Source: a virus (Duplodnaviria > Caudoviricetes). From it: a stretch of DNA of 29,368 nt. The notes beneath the pieces are model-generated. The model was not told where the DNA came from. It worked only from the letters and a program-made list of their open reading frames with translations, and ran no database searches. Shown here in pieces: positions 23,888 through 29,368 of the stretch. Location: positions 1 to 29,368 of IMG/VR virus record IMGVR_UViG_3300025839_000361, one strand, 5' to 3'. Position 1 is the stretch's first letter, and the number at the start of each line of letters is the position of its first letter. Both the position numbers and the translations under genes were made by a program.

Positions 23888-24943
23888 ATGCCCTTTACTA
23901 CCCCCGATTACCGTCAAATCCGTACCGCGATCCTGCGTGACATCGCCAATCAGCGGCCTGATGCCTATGTGGGTGATGATTCCGATTTTGCGCTGCGCGC
24001 CAATGCCACCGCCTCGGCGATTGAGGGTTTATATCAGCACCAGGCCTGGGTAGCGCGGCAGATTTTCCCCGACACCGCCGACAGCGATTATCTGGAGCGC
24101 CATGCCAGCCTGTATGCGCTCAGCCGTAAAACCGCCGCCACGGCCACTGGCAGTGTGCGTCTGAGCGGGGTACAGGGCAGTGTTATCGCGCTGGGTACCG
24201 AACTCAAGTCAACCAGCGGAGTGGCGTATCTCACGACCGCAGCAGGCACGGTGGGCGCGGCGGGTACGGTGGATATTGCCGTGCAAGCCTCACTGGCTGG
24301 TGCCAGCGGCAATCAGGCTGTGGCCACGGCGCTGACGCTGAGTGCCGCACCCGCCGGGGTGCAGGCAGCCAGTACGGTGCTGATGATGACCGGCGGCACG
24401 GATATCGAGAGCGATGCCGAGCTGCTGGCACGCCTGTTGTACGAGATGCGCTTGCCGCCGATGGGCGGCGCAAAGCACGATTATTTTGCCTGGGCAATGA
24501 CGGTGCCTGGCGTAGTGGATGCGTACGTATTTGCTCAACGCCGCGCGATCAATTCGGTGGATGTAGTGATCGAGGCATCCGGTGGTATACCCTCCGCACA
24601 ATTGCTGGCGGATGTCACTGCTTACCTCAATACGCAACGTCCGGTTTGTGCCGATGTGCTGGTGATGTCGCCCACGCTGGTGGCGGTCAATATTGTTGCC
24701 AGTCTGACGCTATCTGGCATCACGCTGGCAGATGCGACTGCACGGATTGTTGCGCTGTTGCCGATTTATTTCGCCACGTTGCATGTCGGCGATGCCGTGC
24801 CGCGCGCCAGGCTTATCAGTCTGGTGATGGGCATCAACGGGGTGCTGGATGTCACGCTGACCAGCCCGGCGGCCAATGTGGTGGTGCTGGCGGATGCAAC
24901 GCATAGCGAGCTGGCTATCCTCGGCACGGTGGCACTGTCATGA
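23888..24943 (+). CDS. Baseplate J / Mu gp47-like protein
   Basis: RQIFPDTAD.DYLE.HA, GG.D.ESD.ELL.R, P.GG...DY..WA..VPGV. Confidence 0.93.
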   Translation: MPFTTPDYRQIRTAILRDIANQRPDAYVGDDSDFALRANATASAIEGLYQHQAWVARQIFPDTADSDYLERHASLYALSRKTAATATGSVRLSGVQGSVIALGTELKSTSGVAYLTTAAGTVGAAGTVDIAVQASLAGASGNQAVATALTLSAAPAGVQAASTVLMMTGGTDIESDAELLARLLYEMRLPPMGGAKHDYFAWAMTVPGVVDAYVFAQRRAINSVDVVIEASGGIPSAQLLADVTAYLNTQRPVCADVLVMSPTLVAVNIVASLTLSGITLADATARIVALLPIYFATLHVGDAVPRARLISLVMGINGVLDVTLTSPAANVVVLADATHSELAILGTVALS

Positions 24944-25515
24944 CGCACGCTGATCTGCTCAAACGGCTGTTGCCTGTGGGGGTGTATGACATCAACGCCG
25001 CGCTGTTGGGCGCTGATCTGGCGGCGGACGGGGCAGTGTGCGACGGCGCACAGGACTGTGCGATGCGATTGATCGATGAGGCTGATCCGCGTGTCACATC
25101 TGAGTTGCTGGCCGATTGGGAACGGGTGCTGGGACTGCCGGATAGCTGTGCGGGCGGTGCTGCCATGACGGTATCGCAACGCCGTAACCTGGTGCTGGAC
25201 AAGCTGCGCAAAGTACACGGCCAGAGCCGTCAGTTCTATCTCGACCTGGCTGCGATGCTGGGCTACACCGACACCAGCATTACCGAATTTCGCCCGATGA
25301 GCTGTGGCGCGCCATGCGATCTGCCGGTGTATGGCGAGGATTGGCGCTTTGCCTGGCAGGTGAATACCGTCAACGCGCTGGCGGTTTATCAGATGCGCGT
25401 CGGCGACCCCTGCGATAGCCCGCTGCGTTCCTGGTTGAGTTCCGAACTGCAATGCCGATTGAACAAATTAAAGCCCGCCAATACCGTGGTGCTGATGAAT
25501 TATGGAGTTGCCTAG
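24940..25515 (+). CDS. Mu gp48 / YmfQ (DUF2313) baseplate protein
   Basis: L..LLP.G, ELL.DWERVLGLPD.C, LA..LGY, L.C......PA.T. Confidence 0.9.
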   Translation: MTHADLLKRLLPVGVYDINAALLGADLAADGAVCDGAQDCAMRLIDEADPRVTSELLADWERVLGLPDSCAGGAAMTVSQRRNLVLDKLRKVHGQSRQFYLDLAAMLGYTDTSITEFRPMSCGAPCDLPVYGEDWRFAWQVNTVNALAVYQMRVGDPCDSPLRSWLSSELQCRLNKLKPANTVVLMNYGVA

Positions 25516-26847
25516 ATGATCCCAACCGTCCCCGTTACCGTTAACTTTGCCGATCAGAATGGCCACCCGATAGTGGGTGGTAAAGTTAGCGCCACCTTGA
25601 CCCGCGACGAGTTGTATAACGGGTTCATTGTGCCGAATCAGCTCACCACGGTCAGCGATGCGGCTGGGGTCGCGGTGCTGGACCTTTTTCCCAACCAACT
25701 CGGCAGTCAGTCCAGCCAGTATATTTTCAAGCTCAGCCAGCCCGGCGGGAAAACCCTGTCGGTCACCGGTACGGTGCCAAATGCGGCTTGCACCTTGCAG
25801 AGCATCGCCACCCTGCCTGCTGCACCCGCAGCACCTATCGGTCAGCAGGCGGTGGACACGGCAATCGCGGCGATGGGCGCGGCCTCAAATTCTGCTACCG
25901 CCGCACATACCTCAGAACTGGCTGCTGCTGGATCGGCCACAGCCTCCGACACTTCGGCCGCCGCTGCACATACCTCAGAACTGGCTGCTGCCGGATCGGC
26001 CACAGCCTCCGACACTTCGGCCGCCGCTGCACATACCTCAGAACTGGCTGCTGCCGGATCGGCTACAGCCGCTGACGCTTCTGCAACTGCTGCGCACACC
26101 TCAGAGCTGGCTGCTGCCAGCAGCGCAGCATCACTACAGCCTGGACAACCAAATGGCATCGCGACACTCGATTCGGCGGGGAAAGTACCATCTACCCAAA
26201 TCACACCGTTTTCAGGGACGGTAGATTTATCTGTCGCGCCATTTGTGGCACTCAACGTCGCGACGGAAGTCGTAAAGGTAATCCAGCAAACGGGCGCATA
26301 CGGCAGCACTCTGATGACGCTGGACGGCGCGAATCGCACGAATCAACCTGCGCTGGCTATAAAAAATATCGGGGCTGGTGCGGCTGGAATAATACTGTTA
26401 TCTGCCGCTGCTGGAAATTATGAGTTGAATACGGGTGGAGCAAATCCCTGGAAAACGACATGGACAAATCGCGTGGCGCAATTCTGGGCAAACGGCAATG
26501 CCTACTCGTCTGGCTACCCGCAGGCTTTCCATTTCTATAATGCAGGTATGTCAGCCGCAACGACGACAATGCTGGTGCAAGGGCAGTCCGGGCAGACGGG
26601 CGACGTTTTGCGTATCGTGGATTCGGCGGCGGCTTTGTTGGCAAACATAAGTCCTGTTGGTGATATATCTGCTACCGCGACGATTAAAACAGGAATTTAT
26701 ACTGTTGCGACTTTACCTGCTGGTGTGGCGGGCAAGCGCTGCTGTGTCTCGGATGCTCTGTCTCCTACTTTTTTATCTATCGTCGCAGGCGGAGGAACTG
26801 TATTTACTCCGGTTATCCATAACGGCACTAACTGGGTTGTTGGTTAA
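25516..26847 (+). CDS. Tail fibre/spike-like protein with Ala/Ser/Thr-rich repeats
   Basis: Beta-rich N-terminus, 21-aa repeats, NGIATLDSAGKVP motif and C-terminal YTVATLP...VSDA...NGTNW; located in the fibre locus. Confidence 0.7.
   Translation: MIPTVPVTVNFADQNGHPIVGGKVSATLTRDELYNGFIVPNQLTTVSDAAGVAVLDLFPNQLGSQSSQYIFKLSQPGGKTLSVTGTVPNAACTLQSIATLPAAPAAPIGQQAVDTAIAAMGAASNSATAAHTSELAAAGSATASDTSAAAAHTSELAAAGSATASDTSAAAAHTSELAAAGSATAADASATAAHTSELAAASSAASLQPGQPNGIATLDSAGKVPSTQITPFSGTVDLSVAPFVALNVATEVVKVIQQTGAYGSTLMTLDGANRTNQPALAIKNIGAGAAGIILLSAAAGNYELNTGGANPWKTTWTNRVAQFWANGNAYSSGYPQAFHFYNAGMSAATTTMLVQGQSGQTGDVLRIVDSAAALLANISPVGDISATATIKTGIYTVATLPAGVAGKRCCVSDALSPTFLSIVAGGGTVFTPVIHNGTNWVVG
25903..26118 (+). 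repeat. 63-bp tandem repeat, about 3.4 units
   Basis: Units start at 25903, 25966, 26029 and 26092 (AHTSELAAAGSATASDTSAAA). Confidence 0.95.
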
Positions 26848-26865
26848 TTTTATAAGGAGTACATC

Positions 26866-27192
26866 ATGGCTTTAATTGGAAATTTTACGAAAAAAATTTA
26901 TAGCGGGAATCTGGTCGCCAGCGCCGTCGTGCCAGATGCTTATATGCGGCTTGCGGATGCCCGGGTAATTAACAAATACGAGCGGCTTGGTGAGCCTCCG
27001 GTAACTCAAAAAAAGGTAATTGCGTCCGGAAGACTGGATGTGTACGCATCGAGCGCAGATGCAAAGGATGGGAACGAGCCTATCACCAGCGAAGAATATA
27101 GCTGCAATCACACAAATGGCGCGGTAGTTGAGACGGAAATTTATGCTTACATCATGGGGCTGCCGGAGTTCGCGGGCTGCACGGTGGCTTGA
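26866..27192 (+). CDS. Hypothetical protein, possible fibre chaperone
   Basis: AAGGAG SD; ends IYAYIMGLPEFAG, a type of C-terminus I associate with small proteins after fibre genes. Confidence 0.7.
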   Translation: MALIGNFTKKIYSGNLVASAVVPDAYMRLADARVINKYERLGEPPVTQKKVIASGRLDVYASSADAKDGNEPITSEEYSCNHTNGAVVETEIYAYIMGLPEFAGCTVA

Positions 27193-27324
27193 TAAAAATC
27201 AGCCAAAAACCAGGAGTGAAACTATGAGTATCGCAAATCGATATAAACGGCAATCCCCCACCCTCTGACGCGCAGATCAACGACGAGGCGTTCAAGGCTA
27301 TTCGTGATTTAACAGGAGTACACA

Positions 27325-27927
27325 ATGCAACGGATCAATACGACCAATAAAGCGACCGACTTATTCGGTCTAGGCAAGCACGGGTATCGGGCGGGCAATC
27401 CGGCCACCGGACAATCAGCGACCGAGCTGAGTGCCGATGTCATGAACAGCCTACAGGAAGAAATCGCCGGGGTGATCGAGGGAGCTAATATCGCGCTGGT
27501 GCCGGGCAATAATGCGCAATTGATCGCGGCGATTACTGCCTTGATTGCCTCGGGCGGCATCACCCAACCTCAATTCGATAACACAACAAAGCTAGCAACG
27601 ACGGCGTTTGTGCGCAATGAATTGCTGGGATTGGGGAATGCCGCATATGCCTCCGTGTTCGGCGCGTCATTGGCCGCAAACGGCTATCAGAAACTACCAA
27701 GCGGATTGATTATTCAGTGGGGAGCAGCAGCTTTTTCAGGCAGTACTTCCGTAGCCGTCACCTTCCCTATTGCTTTCACAGCAAACGTATACCAGATCAC
27801 TTGTTCACAATCGGATGGTGCAACCGTCGTTATGGGACGCCAGCTAACCAACGTGGCTTTAACTGGGTTCATAGCACTGTCATCTGCCGTTGGATTTAAC
27901 TGCTCATGGATTGCCATCGGTAGATAA
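27325..27927 (+). CDS. Short tail fibre protein (Mu-like N-terminal anchor plus gp53-like C-terminal domain)
   Basis: MQRI...DLFG.GK.G...GNP.TG..AT.....N.LQEE; FDNTTKLATTAFV; NGYQKLPSGLIIQWG...FPIAF...WIAIG. Confidence 0.88.
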   Translation: MQRINTTNKATDLFGLGKHGYRAGNPATGQSATELSADVMNSLQEEIAGVIEGANIALVPGNNAQLIAAITALIASGGITQPQFDNTTKLATTAFVRNELLGLGNAAYASVFGASLAANGYQKLPSGLIIQWGAAAFSGSTSVAVTFPIAFTANVYQITCSQSDGATVVMGRQLTNVALTGFIALSSAVGFNCSWIAIGR

Positions 27928-27936
27928 GGAGAAATC

Positions 27937-28557
27937 ATGACAAAATTTGCACAATACGATTCAAAATTAGTACAGCCTACACCTGTCATCGGCTGGTATG
28001 ACACGGGGGATTTAGATTATCCGAATCTTCCCGCCAGTACTGAACTGGTGCAGATAAGCGATGCTGAATGGGTGACACGCATGGATGCGCCGCTGTACAT
28101 ACTCGAAGGGAAGCTGGTGCCAAAACCCGCACCTACCGCTGCCGATCTGGCCGCGCAGTTTGCTACAAATCAGACCGCAGCACTGGCCGCCGTTGACCAG
28201 TTTCACGCTGAAACCGTCCAGCAGCTTGCAGGTAATCCAACGCAGGTCGAAAAAGATACCTGGGCGATGAAGCTGTCAACCGCTAACGCAGTGGTGACAA
28301 AAGCCACCGTCAGCGGCGAAGGTACTGCGTTTATGACTGCGGCAGGTATCACGACACCTGTACTGCAAACCGCATGGGCAGCCAAAGTACAAGCTAACGC
28401 TGCCAAGTTCGCCGGGCTGGTGGGGCTGGCCGATGCATTGCGTAGCCAAGCCAAAGCTGCGATCACGGCTGCCGTTGATCAACCCGCCCTCGATGCGGCA
28501 CAGGTCGCTAACAAAGCTGTTGCACTGGCGGCTATTGCATCGCTGCCGATCGCATAG
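27937..28557 (+). CDS. Tail fibre assembly-like protein
   Basis: PVIGWYDT....Y.NLP....L start, then a helical Ala-rich C-terminus; follows the fibre gene. Confidence 0.7.
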   Translation: MTKFAQYDSKLVQPTPVIGWYDTGDLDYPNLPASTELVQISDAEWVTRMDAPLYILEGKLVPKPAPTAADLAAQFATNQTAALAAVDQFHAETVQQLAGNPTQVEKDTWAMKLSTANAVVTKATVSGEGTAFMTAAGITTPVLQTAWAAKVQANAAKFAGLVGLADALRSQAKAAITAAVDQPALDAAQVANKAVALAAIASLPIA

Positions 28558-28559
28558 CC

Positions 28560-28961
28560 ATGAGTAGTTTTACCACGCCCGCCGATCTGCGCATGTTGGA
28601 AAACTACCGCTGGCAGCTACTCGCGGAGTTTGACTACTACGTGGGCGACGCAATTAGGCAGAGATTCCGGGCGCAGATATATGGTCAAGTGGTGAGTGTT
28701 CGCGTTCCCGCTGGCACGATTACCGATCTGGCCACCGTGCCGCGCCTGTTGTGGGTCATCTTCCCCCCGCACGGCCAGTACGCCAAAGCGGCCATCATCC
28801 ATGATTATCTATATGACCAGGCTATCGGCAGTAAAACCTTCGCCGATTCGGTGTTTCTGGAGGCGATGGAGGTATTGGCGGTGCCGCGTTGGCGGCGTGT
28901 GCTGATGTATTGGGCGGTTCGCCTGTTCGGGCGCGGCAACTACAGCAAGACAAAGAATTAA
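28560..28961 (+). CDS. DUF1353-family protein
   Basis: VP.G..TDLA.VPR..W...PP.G.Y..AA..HDYLY, AD.VF.EAM, MY.AVR.FG. Confidence 0.9.
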   Translation: MSSFTTPADLRMLENYRWQLLAEFDYYVGDAIRQRFRAQIYGQVVSVRVPAGTITDLATVPRLLWVIFPPHGQYAKAAIIHDYLYDQAIGSKTFADSVFLEAMEVLAVPRWRRVLMYWAVRLFGRGNYSKTKN

Positions 28962-29077
28962 GAGAGAGCGACCGAGATCATGCGTCAACATGACCTCGGT
29001 CACTTATAACCCACAGTGCAAACCTGTGAGCCAAAGCCAAGGCTCCCTACCACGTCAATCCACCAAGGTATCAGATG

Positions 29078-29111
29078 AGAAAAGCCGACTCTGTGTGGTC
29101 GGCTTTTCTTT
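29078..29111. terminator. Intrinsic terminator, potentially bidirectional
   Basis: AGAAAAGCCGAC-tctgtgtg-GTCGGCTTTTCT followed by TT. Confidence 0.85.
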
Positions 29112-29135
29112 GTGGTTTTAATCCTACACAATTCG

Positions 29136-29208
29136 TTTGTACATTGTACAAATTAAATCTGGTGTGATTTATCTCGCAATTTTGCTGAGTTTATCGCGCG
29201 CCGCATCA
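29136..29208 (-). other. Prophage right end (attR) with repeated transposase-binding-like sites
   Basis: Minus strand reads TGATGCGGCGCGCGATAAA, close to the Mu right end as I recall it (TGAAGCGGCGCACGAAAAA). A second CGAGATAAA site follows, plus a TTTGTACA-T-TGTACAAA palindrome at 29136-29152. Confidence 0.8.
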
Positions 29209-29368
29209 ATGTCGTGGATTGCGGTGGACAGATGCGCCACCTCGCCATCGCCTTGCACGGCGGGCGCGTGATAGGTCAGTTCACCTGCGGCAATTTTGTC
29301 CGCCGCCGCACTGATGCGCGCAATCGGCCGCACAATCCGCCCCGCCATCAACCAGCCCATCCAGGCGA
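29209..29368 (-). pseudogene. Host membrane signalling gene (HAMP domain) interrupted by the prophage; 5' part outside window
   Basis: GWLMAGRIVRPIARISAAADKIAAGEL....GDGEVAHLSTAIHD is a canonical HAMP pattern, cut at the CA terminus. Confidence 0.8.

Larger units (their letters stand above)
99..29208. mobile_element. Mu-like transposable prophage, myovirus-type tail; left part not in window
   Basis: DDE transposase plus AAA ATPase, gam, gemA, mor, Mu gp36-gp48-like gene order, and a Mu attR-like terminus ending in CA at 29208. Confidence 0.95.

Noticed and set aside
25903-26118. Possible CRISPR array or DGR template/variable repeats
   Set aside because: The units are contiguous in-frame coding repeats without unique spacers. 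No cas or reverse transcriptase gene is present, and the mismatches in the 161-bp pair are not adenine-specific.
27251-27266. AATCCCCCACCCTCT resembling the C/G-run element
   Set aside because: Only the left arm is similar, with no complementary G-run; could be chance.
25516-28961. Gin-type invertible fibre cassette
   Set aside because: No serine invertase gene, no reverse-oriented fibre gene, and no flanking inverted repeats were seen.

Overview
Almost the whole window (about 99-29208) is a Mu-like (transposable) prophage with a contractile tail. It carries a leftward repressor operon and a rightward early operon (Ner/gp16-like regulator, DDE transposase, AAA ATPase, gam, gemA, mor/C). After these come protease/scaffold, capsid, neck, sheath, tube, tape measure, baseplate and fibre genes. 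The right end closely resembles Mu attR and interrupts a host HAMP-domain gene. At the left edge an ISL3-like element interrupts a leftward lysis operon. No terminase, portal, gpF/gpG, gin or com/mom gene is visible; the layout looks like a B3/BcepMu-type genome with its whole left arm inverted. The most notable non-coding features are: (i) four copies of a late-promoter motif that all feed leaderless genes, have inverted repeats around the -10 box, and include one bidirectional copy; (ii) a 161-bp duplicated cassette of a REP-doublet-like element plus promoter in the tail operon; (iii) a C/G-run palindromic element lying in frame inside three proteins; (iv) a candidate +1 tail-chaperone frameshift. 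All family assignments come from motif recognition and gene order by eye; no database search was run.
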